A DNA stretch of 64,000 bases, taken from the IMG/VR virus record IMGVR_UViG_3300042378_000602; one strand, given 5' to 3'. Every line of letters starts with the position of its first letter. The first letter of the stretch is position 1. This stretch comes from a virus. The notes beneath the pieces are model-generated. The model was not told where the DNA came from, searched no databases, and saw nothing but the letters and a program-made list of their open reading frames with translations. The position numbers and the translations under genes are program-made. Shown here piece by piece: positions 20,913 through 32,621 of the stretch.

Positions 20913-23896
20913 TGCCATCTAATGTAATTATATATCCTACCGGTAGAACGTGGAACACTGACCCTCATTTTATTTTTGATGATGGAACTAATAAATTACA
21001 ATTCAACGTTTTAACTGACGCAATAAGTCTGTCTGCTGGGTCAATTTCAAATAATTTTGTAATTGGTACAAAAGGTTCAGACAATGGTGTCACAACCTCA
21101 GGGGCTTCCGCACAGTCACTATATTTCAACGCCTCACAATTCATAGGTTCTGGAGGTGTTTGGGTCGGACCAACTGCCGGTATCGCTGGTGCTCAGGGAG
21201 CTCAAGGTGCTCAGGGAGCCCAAGGTGGTCAGGGAGCTCAAGGAGCTCAAGGTGCAAATACAGGAGCTCAAGGTGCTACAGGTGCCCAAGGAGCAACAGG
21301 CGCACAAGGTGCGGCAAACACAACACAAGGTGCTCAAGGTACAATTGGGTCTCAAGGAGCTCAGGGTGCCACAGGAGCTCAGGGTGGAAATACGGGTGCT
21401 CAAGGAGCCACAGGAGCTCAAGGTAACCAAGGAGCTCAAGGTGCTCAAGGAGGAACAGTTGGAGCTCAGGGTGCTCAGGGTGGTCAGGGAGCTCAAGGTG
21501 CTCAAGGTGCTCAAGGTGCAAACACAGGTGCTCAGGGTGCGACAGGTCCCCAAGGAGCCCAAGGAGCGGTAGGTGCTACAGGAGGAGTTCAAGGTGCTCA
21601 AGGTGCCGTCGGTGCCACAGGTGATTTAGGTGCTCAGGGAGCTCAAGGAGCCAATACCGGAGCCCAAGGTGCTCAAGGTGCACAGGGAACTCAAGGTGCA
21701 CAAGGTGCTCAGGGAGGAAATACTGGTGCACAAGGTGCTCAGGGTACTCAGGGTACACAAGGTGCTACAGGTGCTCAAGGAGGAGTACAAGGTGCTCAAG
21801 GTGCTATAGGTACTACAGGACCACAAGGTGCTCAAGGGGCCCAAGGGGCAAACACAGGAGCTCAAGGTGCTCAAGGTGGTCAAGGTGCTCAAGGAGCTCA
21901 AGGTGCTCAAGGAGGAGTACAAGGTGCTCAAGGGGCTACAGGTCCTACGGGGGTACAAGGAGCACAAGGTGCACAAGGAGGAGTACAAGGAGCACAAGGT
22001 GCAACAGGACCTCAAGGAGCTCAAGGGGCTCAGGGATTACAAGGTGGACTTCAAGGTGCCCAAGGTGCAACAGGTGCTCAAGGTGCACAAGGTTCTACAG
22101 GTGCTCAAGGAGGTACCCAAGGAGCTCAAGGTGCCACAGGACCACAAGGTGCACAAGGAGCAATAGGAGCTCAAGGAGGAGTACAAGGTGCTCAGGGTGC
22201 AACAGGAGCAGCGGGAGCTCAAGGTGCTCAAGGAGCCCAAGGTGCAAATACAGGTGCTCAAGGCGCCACAGGACCTCAAGGTGCTCAGGGGGCGACAGGA
22301 GCCCAAGGGGGTGTACAAGGTGCTCAAGGCGCCACAGGTCCTCAAGGTGCTCAAGGTGCTCAGGGGGCTCAAGGTGCAAATACAGGAGCTCAGGGTGCTA
22401 CAGGTCCTCAAGGTGCTCAAGGTGCTCAGGGAGCCCAGGGTGCCAGTCCAGGTGCTCAGGGCGCTCAAGGTCCAAAAGGACCTCAAGGTGCTCAAGGAGC
22501 CCAAGGTGGAAGTGCAGGTGCCACGGGTGCGCAAGGTGCAACAGGTCCTCAAGGAGCTCAAGGTGCCCAAAGTGGTATAACAGGACAGGCAGGAGCTCAG
22601 GGTGCTACAGGTCCCCAAGGGGCACAAGGTGCTCAAGGTGGAAGTGCCGGTGCTACAGGAGCAGTCGGTGCACAAGGAGCTACAGGAGCACAAGGAGCCC
22701 AAGGTGCTAATCAAGGAGCACAAGGTGCTACGGGTGCTACAGGAGCTCAAGGTGCTCAAGGTGCTCAAGGTGCTAATCAAGGAGCCCAAGGTGCGACAGG
22801 TCCACAAGGTGCTCAGGGTTCACAGGGTGCACAAGGTGCTAATCAGGGAGCACAGGGGGCTCAAGGAGCTCAAGGTGCTCAAGGTTCTCAGGGAGCACAA
22901 GGAGCCAATCAGGGTGCACAAGGTGCTACAGGTCCACAAGGTGCACAAGGTGCAATTGGACCAAATAATACGACACAAGGTGCTCAAGGTGCTCAGGGAG
23001 GTCAAGGTACTCAGGGAAGTCAAGGAGCACAGGGTGCTAACCAAGGCGCTCAAGGGGCACCTGGAGTTCAAGGAGCTCAAGGAGCACAAGGTGCACAGGG
23101 TGCTAATCAAGGGGCTCAGGGAGCACCTGGAGTTCAAGGTGCTCAAGGTGCTCAAGGTTCTCAAAGTGCTACTTCGGGAGCACAAGGTTCTACAGGACCT
23201 CAAGGTGCTCAAGGTTCTACAGGACCCGGTCCTGGTCCGCAAGGAGCCCAAGGTCCACAAGGATTGACTGGAGGTGGAGGGAACACAGGTGCACAAGGGT
23301 CCCAAGGAGCTACAGGAGCCACGGGTCCTACAGGTGCTCCTGGTGGAACAGGAGCCACAGGTGCTCAAGGAGCCACAGGATTTGCTGGAAGTACTCAGGG
23401 TGCTCCAGGTGTACCAGGACCACAGGGGGCTCAAGGTCCGACAGGTGTTGGTGGTGCCACAGGCCCAACAGGCCCAACAGGTTTCAAGGGGAATACAGGC
23501 CCAACAGGCCCAACAGGTGCCACAGGTGCTCAGGGAGCACAAGGCGCTAAGTCAGATAAAAGATTAAAAGATAATATAGTTGAATTCAAAGAACCTCTCA
23601 CCCGTCTGAAACAAATCCAAGGTGTTAAATTTACTTGGGACCATGAACATCCTAAAATTAAATTTCATAAGCACCTGAATGCTAAAGAAGCGTTCACAGG
23701 TGATACTTATGGATTCATAGCTCAAGATGTAGAAAAAGTATTTCCTGAGATTGTTGACACTGACCCAACTGATGGATACAAATCTATGGATTATGGACTC
23801 TTGGTTAGTTTAGCCTTCGCATCAATTAAAGAGAATCAAAAAAGAATATTGTCAGTGAAAGATAGAATAAATAGATTAAAACAAGTAGTGAACTAA
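20912..23896 (+). CDS. collagen-like tail fibre protein with C-terminal S74 intramolecular chaperone domain
   Basis: GAQGAQGAT-type triplets across about 800 aa; C-terminus [12 protein letters not shown]...[16 protein letters not shown]; start overlaps upstream stop (TAATG). Confidence 0.8.
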   Translation: MPSNVIIYPTGRTWNTDPHFIFDDGTNKLQFNVLTDAISLSAGSISNNFVIGTKGSDNGVTTSGASAQSLYFNASQFIGSGGVWVGPTAGIAGAQGAQGAQGAQGGQGAQGAQGANTGAQGATGAQGATGAQGAANTTQGAQGTIGSQGAQGATGAQGGNTGAQGATGAQGNQGAQGAQGGTVGAQGAQGGQGAQGAQGAQGANTGAQGATGPQGAQGAVGATGGVQGAQGAVGATGDLGAQGAQGANTGAQGAQGAQGTQGAQGAQGGNTGAQGAQGTQGTQGATGAQGGVQGAQGAIGTTGPQGAQGAQGANTGAQGAQGGQGAQGAQGAQGGVQGAQGATGPTGVQGAQGAQGGVQGAQGATGPQGAQGAQGLQGGLQGAQGATGAQGAQGSTGAQGGTQGAQGATGPQGAQGAIGAQGGVQGAQGATGAAGAQGAQGAQGANTGAQGATGPQGAQGATGAQGGVQGAQGATGPQGAQGAQGAQGANTGAQGATGPQGAQGAQGAQGASPGAQGAQGPKGPQGAQGAQGGSAGATGAQGATGPQGAQGAQSGITGQAGAQGATGPQGAQGAQGGSAGATGAVGAQGATGAQGAQGANQGAQGATGATGAQGAQGAQGANQGAQGATGPQGAQGSQGAQGANQGAQGAQGAQGAQGSQGAQGANQGAQGATGPQGAQGAIGPNNTTQGAQGAQGGQGTQGSQGAQGANQGAQGAPGVQGAQGAQGAQGANQGAQGAPGVQGAQGAQGSQSATSGAQGSTGPQGAQGSTGPGPGPQGAQGPQGLTGGGGNTGAQGSQGATGATGPTGAPGGTGATGAQGATGFAGSTQGAPGVPGPQGAQGPTGVGGATGPTGPTGFKGNTGPTGPTGATGAQGAQGAKSDKRLKDNIVEFKEPLTRLKQIQGVKFTWDHEHPKIKFHKHLNAKEAFTGDTYGFIAQDVEKVFPEIVDTDPTDGYKSMDYGLLVSLAFASIKENQKRILSVKDRINRLKQVVN

Positions 23897-26800
23897 TGGC
23901 ATCATACGTAGTATATTCAGGGACGAGTTATCTAAATGCGTGTAATTCTGTGGCATCACAGACTATTTATACACCGTGTCCATCACTAAGTGGAGGTTGT
24001 GTAGTCTATACAGATGCAGGTTATACTAATGTTATTACTTTCTCTCCATTATTACCTAATTTATATCTAAAGGATTCTGTTGATACAACGGTTTGGAAGA
24101 TAAATAGGACAGGAACTGTCACGGAGGTTAGAAAATGTACTGAATTTTCAGGTGATGAAAATATAATTGTTTATCCTGATGGAGCCAATTTTCAACTTAT
24201 AGATTCTGGAGGAACTGCCACTAACTGGTATATGGAGAATGGTGAGTTGAAATTTGGAACTTTAACTTCCACTTTAGCAAGAATAAGTACTTCCTATCCA
24301 AACCTCAGAGTCAGTGGGGGGTCAATAACACTTACTAACAAACTTGCAAATGCCTCGGGAGATTTAATAAATTCAACAGGATGGGTCGGAGCTAAATTAC
24401 CTCAAGGTCCAACGGGTGCTCAAGGTTCACAAGGTTCTACTGGTGCTCAAGGAGCTCAAGGGGGTCAAGGAGCACAGGGTACCCAAGGTTCAACAGGTGC
24501 CCAAGGTTCTCAGGGTGCTCAAGGGGGACAAGGTGCTCAAGGTGCTCAAGGGTCACAAGGACCTACAGGTGCACAAGGTTCACAAGGTGGTCAAGGTTCA
24601 CAAGGCTCACAAGGTTTTACAGGTGCTCAGGGTTCACAAGGAGCTCAAGGAGGACAAGGTGCTCAGGGTTCACAAGGAACTTTGGGACCCACAGGAGCTC
24701 AAGGTTCTCAAGGTGGTCAAGGAGCCCAAGGAGCCCAAGGTTCAACAGGTGCTCAAGGTTCGCAAGGAGCACAGGGTGGACAGGGCGCTCAAGGTTCACA
24801 AGGGGCTAAAGGTCTCACAGGTGCTCAAGGGGCACAAGGTGGACAAGGTGCCCAAGGTGCTCAAGGTTCCCAAGGTACAACAGGAGCCCAAGGTTCCCAA
24901 GGGGGACAAGGTGCTCAAGGTGCTCAAGGCGCAGTTGGTCCTACAGGTGCTCAAGGAGCTCAGGGTGGACAAGGGGCTCAAGGAGCTCAAGGGGCTGTCG
25001 GTCTCACAGGAGCTCAAGGAGCTCAAGGTGGGCAAGGTGCTCAAGGAGCACAAGGGGCTCTCGGTCCTACAGGAGCTCAAGGTTCCCAAGGTGGACAGGG
25101 TGCTCAAGGAGCACAAGGTTCACAAGGTTTAACAGGTGCGCAAGGGTCCCAAGGTGGTCAAGGAGCTCAAGGAGCTCAGGGAGGACAAGGTGCTCAAGGT
25201 GCCCAAGGTCCTAAAGGTCCACAAGGTGCTCAAGGAGCCCAAGGTGCTCAAGGTTCAACAGGAGCCCAAGGTTCCCAAGGTGGAACAGGAGCCCAAGGTG
25301 CTCAAGGTTCAACAGGAGCCCAAGGTTCACAAGGTTCACAAGGTGGAACAGGAGCTCAAGGAGCCCAAGGTTCAACAGGAGCCCAAGGTGCTCAAGGTTC
25401 CCAAGGAGGACAAGGTGCCCAAGGGGCTCAAGGTACAACAGGTGCCCAAGGAGCTCAAGGAGCTACAGGAGGTCAAGGTGCTCAGGGTTCTCAAGGACCC
25501 ACAGGAGCCCAAGGTTCTCAAGGTGCCGGAGGAGGACAAGGTGCACAAGGAGCTCAAGGTATAGTTGGAGCCCAAGGTGCTCAAGGTGGAGGTGGAGGAC
25601 AGGGTGCACAAGGAGCACAAGGAACGACAGGTCCCGTAGGTGCACAAGGTTCACAAGGTGGGCAAGGTGCTCAAGGTTCCCAAGGTGCACAAGGTGCCAC
25701 AGGAGCTCAAGGTTCTCAGGGCGTCGCCGGAGCTCAAGGTGCTCAAGGTGCTCAAGGAGCTGTTGGTAGTCAAGGTTCACAAGGAGGACAGGGTGCACAA
25801 GGAGCTCAAGGTTCACAAGGAGCTCAAGGTGCAACTGGTCCTGGTGGCGGACAAGGTGCTCAGGGAGCACAAGGAGCCACAGGTTCACAAGGTGCTCAAG
25901 GTGGAGGTGGTGGACAAGGTGCCCAAGGTGCTCAAGGGCCCGTCGGTTCACAAGGTTTTCAAGGAACAACTGGAGGTCAAGGTGCACAAGGTGCGCAAGG
26001 ACCTACTGGACCTACAGGTATCACAGGACCTAAAGGGGGTCAAGGTGCACAAGGTGCTCAGGGAGGACAAGGTGCACAGGGACCACAAGGTCATATCGGT
26101 GCAAACGGTGCAACTGGTGTTCCTGGTCCTATTGGTCCCAAAGGACCTACGGGTCCTACGGGAGGTCAAGGTGCTCAAGGAGCTCAAGGACCTGGTGGTG
26201 CTCAAGGGGCTCAAGGTCCTACGGGAGGTCAAGGTTCCCAAGGTGGAGGAGGAGCTCAAGGGGCTCAGGGTCCAACAGGACCTGGAGGTGCTCAAGGTGC
26301 TCAAGGAGCTCAAGGTCCCAAAGGTCCAATAGGTGGACAAGGTTCTCAAGGTCCCACAGGGGCTCAGGGTACCGCCGGAGGACAAGGTTCTCAAGGCGGT
26401 GGTGGTGCCCAAGGTGCTCAAGGTGCTCAAGGTCCGCAAGGAGGCCAAGGTGCTCAAGGCGGTGGTGGTGCCACAGGAGCTCAAGGACCTCAGGGGGGTC
26501 AAGGTGCCCAAGGACCACAAGGTGGTCAAGGTCCACAAGGTGCACAAGGTGCAACCGGTCCAAATGGTTTACAAGGTGCTCAAGGTGCACAAGGTACCAC
26601 TGGTTCTGACCTAAGATTAAAAAAGGACGTAAAAGAAATACAATCCCCACTAGAAAAAGTCCTGAAATTGAGAGGTGTTTCATTCTATTGGAATAAATTA
26701 AATGATGAAACATCCCAATCAGGTAAACATGATATTGGATTCATTGCCCAAGAAATAGGTCATATATTACCTGAATTGGTTTTCAAGAAAAACACCGAGA

Positions 26801-26940
26801 ACGCATATTTCATGGTAAAATATGCTGAAGTAATAGCTGTTTGTTTAGAAGCCATTAAAGAACAATCCTTGATTTTGGAATCTAAAGAAATAAAACTTGA
26901 TGAGTTAGAGACAATAGCCAAGGAAAGAGGACTTATTTAG
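23896..26940 (+). CDS. collagen-like tail fibre protein with C-terminal S74 intramolecular chaperone domain
   Basis: 165-aa unique N-terminus, then GAQGSQG triplets; C-terminus [12 protein letters not shown]...[16 protein letters not shown]; start overlaps upstream stop. Confidence 0.8.
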   Translation: MASYVVYSGTSYLNACNSVASQTIYTPCPSLSGGCVVYTDAGYTNVITFSPLLPNLYLKDSVDTTVWKINRTGTVTEVRKCTEFSGDENIIVYPDGANFQLIDSGGTATNWYMENGELKFGTLTSTLARISTSYPNLRVSGGSITLTNKLANASGDLINSTGWVGAKLPQGPTGAQGSQGSTGAQGAQGGQGAQGTQGSTGAQGSQGAQGGQGAQGAQGSQGPTGAQGSQGGQGSQGSQGFTGAQGSQGAQGGQGAQGSQGTLGPTGAQGSQGGQGAQGAQGSTGAQGSQGAQGGQGAQGSQGAKGLTGAQGAQGGQGAQGAQGSQGTTGAQGSQGGQGAQGAQGAVGPTGAQGAQGGQGAQGAQGAVGLTGAQGAQGGQGAQGAQGALGPTGAQGSQGGQGAQGAQGSQGLTGAQGSQGGQGAQGAQGGQGAQGAQGPKGPQGAQGAQGAQGSTGAQGSQGGTGAQGAQGSTGAQGSQGSQGGTGAQGAQGSTGAQGAQGSQGGQGAQGAQGTTGAQGAQGATGGQGAQGSQGPTGAQGSQGAGGGQGAQGAQGIVGAQGAQGGGGGQGAQGAQGTTGPVGAQGSQGGQGAQGSQGAQGATGAQGSQGVAGAQGAQGAQGAVGSQGSQGGQGAQGAQGSQGAQGATGPGGGQGAQGAQGATGSQGAQGGGGGQGAQGAQGPVGSQGFQGTTGGQGAQGAQGPTGPTGITGPKGGQGAQGAQGGQGAQGPQGHIGANGATGVPGPIGPKGPTGPTGGQGAQGAQGPGGAQGAQGPTGGQGSQGGGGAQGAQGPTGPGGAQGAQGAQGPKGPIGGQGSQGPTGAQGTAGGQGSQGGGGAQGAQGAQGPQGGQGAQGGGGATGAQGPQGGQGAQGPQGGQGPQGAQGATGPNGLQGAQGAQGTTGSDLRLKKDVKEIQSPLEKVLKLRGVSFYWNKLNDETSQSGKHDIGFIAQEIGHILPELVFKKNTENAYFMVKYAEVIAVCLEAIKEQSLILESKEIKLDELETIAKERGLI

Positions 26941-27809
26941 ATTTCGGTCTTTTGAATTAAATCTCTTATTTCGAAACCAGTTTGGTATAACATCGACAGA
27001 AATTTTTTCCAAATTTCTGGGTTATACTTTTTAATCAATTCAACATAATAAATGTAGTAAGGTTCTTCTCCTCCTCTCTCAGACATAAAATCTGCAAGTT
27101 GAGGATTATCGGTGGTTAAATTTTTGAAAACTCTGATAAGGTCATTTCCCAAATGTTCATCATTTATTCTAAATAAAATATCCTTCGAGAGTTTAGATAG
27201 TGGGTCACCCTTGGCAAAATAATTGATTATATTTTTTAATGATTTTTCTAAAAATTGTAGGTTTTCAATTTTTCTGTTTCTTTTAACTCTTCTTTCAAAT
27301 TCGAGAACCAAACCCTCCAAAAATTCATTTGAAATTGCAAAAAATTCTATTGGATGACCCCAATAATCTTTATCTGATTTCTCATTGTAAGTCACCATAT
27401 ATTTGGGACTAAACAAATGAGATTGTGTTGGGTCACTGGCATGTATCATTTCATGATATAGTGTAAGATAAAGTGTTTTTTTTGACTCGTAGTGTTTTGG
27501 ATTTACTTCGATTACAATATCTGCCGGGTCGACTGACTTTTGAGGTTTTGTACCCATCTGACCCATGTAGGGTAGTCTTGGGTTTACCACGACTCTAGCT
27601 AAACCCTCTACTCCATCGGCTAATTTAAAAGGAATGACATCAACTAGTTCTTTTCCTTTATAAGGTTTATTTCTATCAGACCATAATTTTTCTGTGACGG
27701 ATTTCATTCTATCTCTCACATCATCAGAAAATTTATATCTCTGTGCCTCCAATATTAGATTGGTGATTATATTTCTTATTTTATTCATTTTTGTAAATCT
27801 ACCCCCCAA
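26937..27809 (-). CDS. hypothetical protein with HExxH zinc-peptidase-like motif
   Basis: [11 protein letters not shown] (SprT-like HEMxH); convergent with fibre operon. Confidence 0.45.
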   Translation of the reverse strand: MGGRFTKMNKIRNIITNLILEAQRYKFSDDVRDRMKSVTEKLWSDRNKPYKGKELVDVIPFKLADGVEGLARVVVNPRLPYMGQMGTKPQKSVDPADIVIEVNPKHYESKKTLYLTLYHEMIHASDPTQSHLFSPKYMVTYNEKSDKDYWGHPIEFFAISNEFLEGLVLEFERRVKRNRKIENLQFLEKSLKNIINYFAKGDPLSKLSKDILFRINDEHLGNDLIRVFKNLTTDNPQLADFMSERGGEEPYYIYYVELIKKYNPEIWKKFLSMLYQTGFEIRDLIQKTEI

Positions 27810-28567
27810 TTTATTGGAATCTCTTTGAGACTTATTTTACTTACGAATTTATCAAAAGAGTTCTTGAAGGTCACCTGAGCTTTCTTGATGTCTTTTATTC
27901 TTGCCATATCAGGTAAAATCCCTGTAGATAAATATGCTTGAATCTCATCATCAATTACATTTTCACCATAACCCATGTTTTTGATTTTTCTTGTCATGGA
28001 ATCTAATGTAGATGGATTTAGGTTATTGATATTATAAGATTGTAAGTTTTTATAGTTAGGTGAACTATACCACAACCCATGTGCTAATTCATGATAGATT
28101 AAACTCAAGTCCTCTCCATCTGTTTGGTCGATACCGATTAAATAAAAATTGTTGTTACCTGTTTTTTCTTTTATGGTATCAATAATTGAAAACATAATAA
28201 GGTCAAAATAATTTATGTCAGGAATTACTTTTATACACGATTCGATTGAATCACACGGTAAATTATAACCAGACCAATCTTCATGGTAAGTGAAAATGTC
28301 ATTCTTAGTTTTTTCCTTATAGAATTTGACAAAATCGACCCATTTAAAACCTTGTCCTCTGAATGTCTCTGAGTCTGACTCATAAAATTCTTGATAACGC
28401 ATGAAAACTCTTGCACGGAGTTTATCATCTTTAATTACAACGGCAAAAATCTTTGGGAATATCTCAAACAATCTAATCTTAGATAGAATGTTTTTAATAT
28501 TCTTCGGGGGGTTTTTAGGTGGACTTTGAACCCTCTCATGAATGGTATTTATACTTTTATTATTCAT
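27785..28567 (-). CDS. hypothetical protein with HExxH motif
   Basis: IYHELAHGLWY; overlaps neighbours at both ends. Confidence 0.45.
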   Translation of the reverse strand: MNNKSINTIHERVQSPPKNPPKNIKNILSKIRLFEIFPKIFAVVIKDDKLRARVFMRYQEFYESDSETFRGQGFKWVDFVKFYKEKTKNDIFTYHEDWSGYNLPCDSIESCIKVIPDINYFDLIMFSIIDTIKEKTGNNNFYLIGIDQTDGEDLSLIYHELAHGLWYSSPNYKNLQSYNINNLNPSTLDSMTRKIKNMGYGENVIDDEIQAYLSTGILPDMARIKDIKKAQVTFKNSFDKFVSKISLKEIPINWGVDLQK

Positions 28568-29550
28568 CAGAAAAAATCACTGAAATACATGTTTATATTT
28601 TTATCGACCTCTCTACTATCGGGGTAGTCAGAAATCCTTGGGTACAAACAATCATTGTTTTCGTCTAATATTCTAATAAAATACGCCTCATCTTCAATTG
28701 CGTTTGAATACTTGTTATGTAAGAAATCGTAAATTTGTCCTTCGAAATCCTTTATTTTCATTTTGTATTGATACTTCATAGTATCTTTTTTATAAGGATG
28801 TGGGGATGATATCCACTCACCCTCATAGAAATAATCACCCAATTCATTCATTATATTTTTATAAATTTGACTCTCATATGCTGAATTGTAAGCGTCGGAG
28901 TGTATTCTATACAAATCACCTTCAATATCCAAATATTTTTTCATCAATTCATTGAATGTATCTCTATCATCCACAATTCTGGCTATGTTTGATTCGTTTA
29001 CTTCAACGTAGTCTGGATGACCTTGTTCAGAGGCAATCAATTCTAGTTCCTCAGTCTCTGTTTCTACCCGTTCATTTTTTAAATCATCTATAATCTTCTT
29101 GTATAAAGTTTTCAAATTTTCTTGATTTAATTCCTCAACCACGTCTCTATGAACATCATCAGTTGTTTCTGAATAATATTCAAACCAATCATTATCCTCA
29201 CCCAAGATATTCTCAATGGTGTCTCGTGAAAAATCTCTACTACTATCACAAAAAAGTGTTGCTAATTCTTTTCTGTCGTCCAAAATCAAATAAGCATCAC
29301 CTTTTTCATCAATTTGAACATCTCCTAAAATGCGATTCATGTATTTGTAAAACTCTTGTTTATCATTCTCCATGGTCCAAATGAAATATTGGTTTTGCCA
29401 TTCTCTACTGTCATTGGCTAATGGGTCTAATAAATGAAAAAGTTTTTTCGATTTAAGCACCGCAAAAAAATCATCATAATCATTGTTGAAGTATTTCAAC
29501 GCCCATGTGTCACCATCATTAAAATCACTTATAATTTCTTGCCAATTCAT
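28567..29550 (-). CDS. acidic hypothetical protein
   Basis: 327-aa minus-strand ORF. Confidence 0.5.
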   Translation of the reverse strand: MNWQEIISDFNDGDTWALKYFNNDYDDFFAVLKSKKLFHLLDPLANDSREWQNQYFIWTMENDKQEFYKYMNRILGDVQIDEKGDAYLILDDRKELATLFCDSSRDFSRDTIENILGEDNDWFEYYSETTDDVHRDVVEELNQENLKTLYKKIIDDLKNERVETETEELELIASEQGHPDYVEVNESNIARIVDDRDTFNELMKKYLDIEGDLYRIHSDAYNSAYESQIYKNIMNELGDYFYEGEWISSPHPYKKDTMKYQYKMKIKDFEGQIYDFLHNKYSNAIEDEAYFIRILDENNDCLYPRISDYPDSREVDKNINMYFSDFF

Positions 29551-29562
29551 ACATATAAATAC

Positions 29563-29592
29563 AAAAAAAGGGACAAATTTTGTCCCTTTTTA
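29563..29592. terminator. A-tract/hairpin/T-tract bidirectional terminator
   Basis: aaaaaaagggaca-aattt-tgtcccttttt; downstream (minus sense) of small ORF 29611-29781. Confidence 0.4.
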
Positions 29593-29610
29593 TAAAATAC
29601 CTTTTTCAGA

Positions 29611-29781
29611 TTATTTTCTGACCCAACCATTAGATTTTTGAGCCGTATAATATTTTTCAATTGTTTTTTTCACGGCATCTTTAACCTGTTCTTGTGGAGT
29701 TTTTTGAGCTTCCTGAAGTTGTTGGTTATTCACTTGAGGTTGAGGAGTTTGATTACCTTTGTTTTTACAACCGCATCCCAT
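29611..29781 (-). CDS. small Gln-rich hypothetical protein (56 aa, below track cutoff), MGCGCK N-terminus
   Basis: clean ATG-to-TAA frame on minus strand, followed by the 29563-29592 terminator. Confidence 0.4.
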   Translation of the reverse strand: MGCGCKNKGNQTPQPQVNNQQLQEAQKTPQEQVKDAVKKTIEKYYTAQKSNGWVRK

Positions 29782-29868
29782 AATTTTTGATTTGAAATAA
29801 GTTTATTGTTATAAATAGTGTCGAATCGAAATATAAGAATGAAAAGATATTTATTAAATAAAAATTAG

Positions 29869-30918
29869 ATGAAATTTTCCCAAATATTATCAGAAAAGGT
29901 TGATTACTCAGAGGAGTTGAAGGGTGATAGGAGAAGAGAGAACAAAGAGTGGGAACTTGATATCAATTGTCCACTTGAGGGTAGAAAGGCTTGGGCTTTG
30001 TTGTATTATTTAGAGTATGAGTCAGAGTTAGAGGTTCTCACACCCGAAGATTTGGAAAATAAAAAAAGAATTTCTGAAAAAATTGAGGAGTTGAACCAAA
30101 CTTACAATACAACAGATGACGAAGATGAAAAAGCTGAATTATTGGATGAAATTTCTGATTTGGAAGACGAAATAGATGAATTCGATAATAAAATTGATGT
30201 TTATGACATAATTCCAAACGGACAGTATTATGATATGACTCAATTTGAAATTCCCAAGGTAACGAGTAAAACATATGCAGTAGGTACAGAAACGGAGGTT
30301 CAAGAATCTGCGGAGGAATATGTAAGCCAGCTTATTGATGATATAGGTTACGAGGGATTTAGAAAAGGATTTATGGAAAATCACATCGATGAAGAAAAAG
30401 TTTTGAGTGAGTTTGAAAGTATTTTTGAAGACGATATCACGAATAATCCAGATGTGTATTTTGATGATGATGATAGAGAATTGTCTACTCAACAGAAGGA
30501 AAAAATAGAGATTTACAAAGAAAGAATATCTAAAGTTGAAGGACTCATTAGTTTGTTAGAAGAAAGACTTACAGGAGATGAAGATGTTGATGAATTGGTA
30601 CAAGATAAAATCGATGAGTTACAAGAAGAAGTTGATGAAATGGAACAAGAAATAAGTGAAATTGAATCAAATCCTGAAGGGGATATCCCTCAACATTTGA
30701 TTGATAGGGCTGTTGAGACAAAAATGACTGATATAAGTAGAAATCCCATCGAATATATGAATGATTATGGGATGGAAATCGATTATTATATTGACAGAGA
30801 AAGTTTTATAGATGGTGTAATCGACGAGGATGGATATGGGATGTTAGCCTCTTATGATGGTAACATGGACGAAAGAGAAGTTTTGGGACAATACTTTTGG
30901 GTATGTAGAATTGATTAA
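29869..30918 (+). CDS. very acidic coiled-coil hypothetical protein
   Basis: 349 aa, D/E-rich; GATATTTATT motif at 29846-29855 upstream. Confidence 0.55.
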   Translation: MKFSQILSEKVDYSEELKGDRRRENKEWELDINCPLEGRKAWALLYYLEYESELEVLTPEDLENKKRISEKIEELNQTYNTTDDEDEKAELLDEISDLEDEIDEFDNKIDVYDIIPNGQYYDMTQFEIPKVTSKTYAVGTETEVQESAEEYVSQLIDDIGYEGFRKGFMENHIDEEKVLSEFESIFEDDITNNPDVYFDDDDRELSTQQKEKIEIYKERISKVEGLISLLEERLTGDEDVDELVQDKIDELQEEVDEMEQEISEIESNPEGDIPQHLIDRAVETKMTDISRNPIEYMNDYGMEIDYYIDRESFIDGVIDEDGYGMLASYDGNMDEREVLGQYFWVCRID

Positions 30919-30943
30919 ATTTTTTGGTTTAGTATTTTTAATT

Positions 30944-31729
30944 ATGCCGAGAAAGAAAAACATAAAATTCAAGTTAGACCCTGAATGGATGTTCAAAGAA
31001 CCTTTGGATTTTGAATATAACAAATATACTGTCTTGGATTATATTCAAAAATGTGAGAAAAGATTTGACAAGCTTGAGATATATCCAGATTTTGTTGAGT
31101 TATCATTACACTTAGCAAATCTTCAATCCTTAGCCAAAGAAAATTTAATTCTTTTCACTACAAAAAAATTTGAATCTTGTGATGATGAAATTCTTCTAAA
31201 AGAATTATTACCAAAAAAACCAAGAGAACTTTCTCCTGAAGAAGAATCTGAACTTGATAAAACAATAAAATTCTCTGGTTCTAAACTTTTCGACACTTTT
31301 AATATTGGAAAATCTATTTGGAATTTAGCCTTCGACAACATTCATTTATCAATTAGAAAGAACAAGGAAAACATATCAACAGGTAGAGGATTTGTTTATT
31401 TTTATTTCAAAGAAATTGAAAAACTTTTTATATGGGAGTATGAAATCAAAAAGTTAGATAAAGGTGAACAACAAACTAAGTTATATTTAAAATTACTTTA
31501 CGAAGGACCCAAAACAGATATAGTAATAGGTAAACTTATTTTAGAAACCTCAACTTGGAAAGAAATATCTGGTTGTGAGTTATTACCTATATTCGAAGTA
31601 AAAACTTCCCAAAACTTCCCGATGGAACAAACTTTCATTCCAATGATGAAGAGAAAACTTATGACTTATGTTTATCAAATTGTCAACATGGAAATTCTAA
31701 AAAACTTTGACACTTCAATACAATTGTAA
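30944..31729 (+). CDS. hypothetical protein
   Basis: start trimmed from 30854 to ATG 30944 (MPRKKN) just after the upstream stop. Confidence 0.5.
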   Translation: MPRKKNIKFKLDPEWMFKEPLDFEYNKYTVLDYIQKCEKRFDKLEIYPDFVELSLHLANLQSLAKENLILFTTKKFESCDDEILLKELLPKKPRELSPEEESELDKTIKFSGSKLFDTFNIGKSIWNLAFDNIHLSIRKNKENISTGRGFVYFYFKEIEKLFIWEYEIKKLDKGEQQTKLYLKLLYEGPKTDIVIGKLILETSTWKEISGCELLPIFEVKTSQNFPMEQTFIPMMKRKLMTYVYQIVNMEILKNFDTSIQL

Positions 31730-31737
31730 TATATTTG
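31730..31737 (+). promoter_or_regulatory. Bacteroidetes-type promoter (-7 TATATTTG, -33 TTG at 31707-31709)
   Basis: TAnnTTTG with 20-nt spacer to TTG; ATG 31742. Confidence 0.45.
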
Positions 31738-31741
31738 TGTC

Positions 31742-31957
31742 ATGGGTTTCAATAAAAGATACGTGGATTCAAAAAATAGTATTTTCGCACTCGAATCTAA
31801 TAATCTTAAAGGTTATTATGGTAAAAGCGATGCATTGATTTTCGAAGATTCTTTAAGTTCGAAAATTTACGACCTATACAAAGAAGGTAAGTCTGACAAA
31901 GAAATTTTATCAATTATAAATCAAAACATGGAGGAAAAAACCAATGAAGTGTATTAA
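31742..31957 (+). CDS. hypothetical protein
   Basis: ORF. Confidence 0.4.
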   Translation: MGFNKRYVDSKNSIFALESNNLKGYYGKSDALIFEDSLSSKIYDLYKEGKSDKEILSIINQNMEEKTNEVY

Positions 31958-32189
31958 ATCAATCAAGGAAACCAAAGATGTTGCTCTCGGAACAATTAGG
32001 AGAGTCGAAGACAAAGTTGCAAACAACATGGTAGGTAACTATTGGGCTTACGTTTCTAAATCTGAGTGGAAAAAAGAAACAAGAAAATCCAAACCTACCG
32101 AACAGGAAACTGAACAAGTTACTGAACAAGTAGAAAAGAAACCGTATAAAAAAGGACAACGTTCCGAAAAACATAAAAACAAAAAATAA
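31944..32189 (+). CDS. hypothetical basic protein
   Basis: ORF. Confidence 0.4.
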   Translation: MKCIKSIKETKDVALGTIRRVEDKVANNMVGNYWAYVSKSEWKKETRKSKPTEQETEQVTEQVEKKPYKKGQRSEKHKNKK

Positions 32190-32404
32190 TGGCAGAAGTA
32201 AAAAAACATTTAATCAAAATGCTTGAGCTTGAAGCTGAAGCACAGAAAGCCAAAGCTCTTCTAACTTTGGAACTATTATCTAACCACGCGGCAGGAATAG
32301 GCGACCATTCAACAGGAGATTTCTACAAAAATGCAGAAGAAGCTCTACAAATGTTGGTTGACGCTGATGATAAACTTGAAGCGATAAAAAAATATTTTCT
32401 ATGA
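32189..32404 (+). CDS. hypothetical protein
   Basis: ORF, start overlaps upstream stop. Confidence 0.4.
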   Translation: MAEVKKHLIKMLELEAEAQKAKALLTLELLSNHAAGIGDHSTGDFYKNAEEALQMLVDADDKLEAIKKYFL

Positions 32405-32607
32405 AAAGATTTACTATAACAGGTGTGAGAACTATCGATGAATATGTTACTTATACTGTCGAAGCGGAAACTGAAGATGAAGCAATTGAGATGGTTGAGA
32501 ATGGTGAAGTTGATGATAACGATGACCATTGGCAACGTGAAACATCAGGAGGAGAAGATTATACCGTTACTAATGTTGAAGAATTAGAAGAAGATGAAGA
32601 AGAATAA
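32401..32607 (+). CDS. small acidic hypothetical protein
   Basis: ORF. Confidence 0.4.
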   Translation: MKRFTITGVRTIDEYVTYTVEAETEDEAIEMVENGEVDDNDDHWQRETSGGEDYTVTNVEELEEDEEE

Positions 32608-32621
32608 ATTTTTCAAAAAAC

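Noticed and set aside
17943-26713. Dozens of ORFs in other frames and on the minus strand inside the three collagen-like genes (for example 18480-18932 -, 22037-22807 -, 22602-23267 +, 24416-25132 +, 25640-26332 +)
   Set aside because: They are products of the GC-rich triplet-repeat DNA. Their translations are low-complexity (Cys/Ser/Thr/Leu or Lys/Val/Leu runs) and all lie wholly inside the long GXY reading frames.
17751-26940. Possible CRISPR array or satellite because of the dense short nucleotide repeats
   Set aside because: The repeats are 9-nt coding periodicity (GGN NNN NNN) within intact ORFs, with no spacer/repeat architecture and no cas genes.
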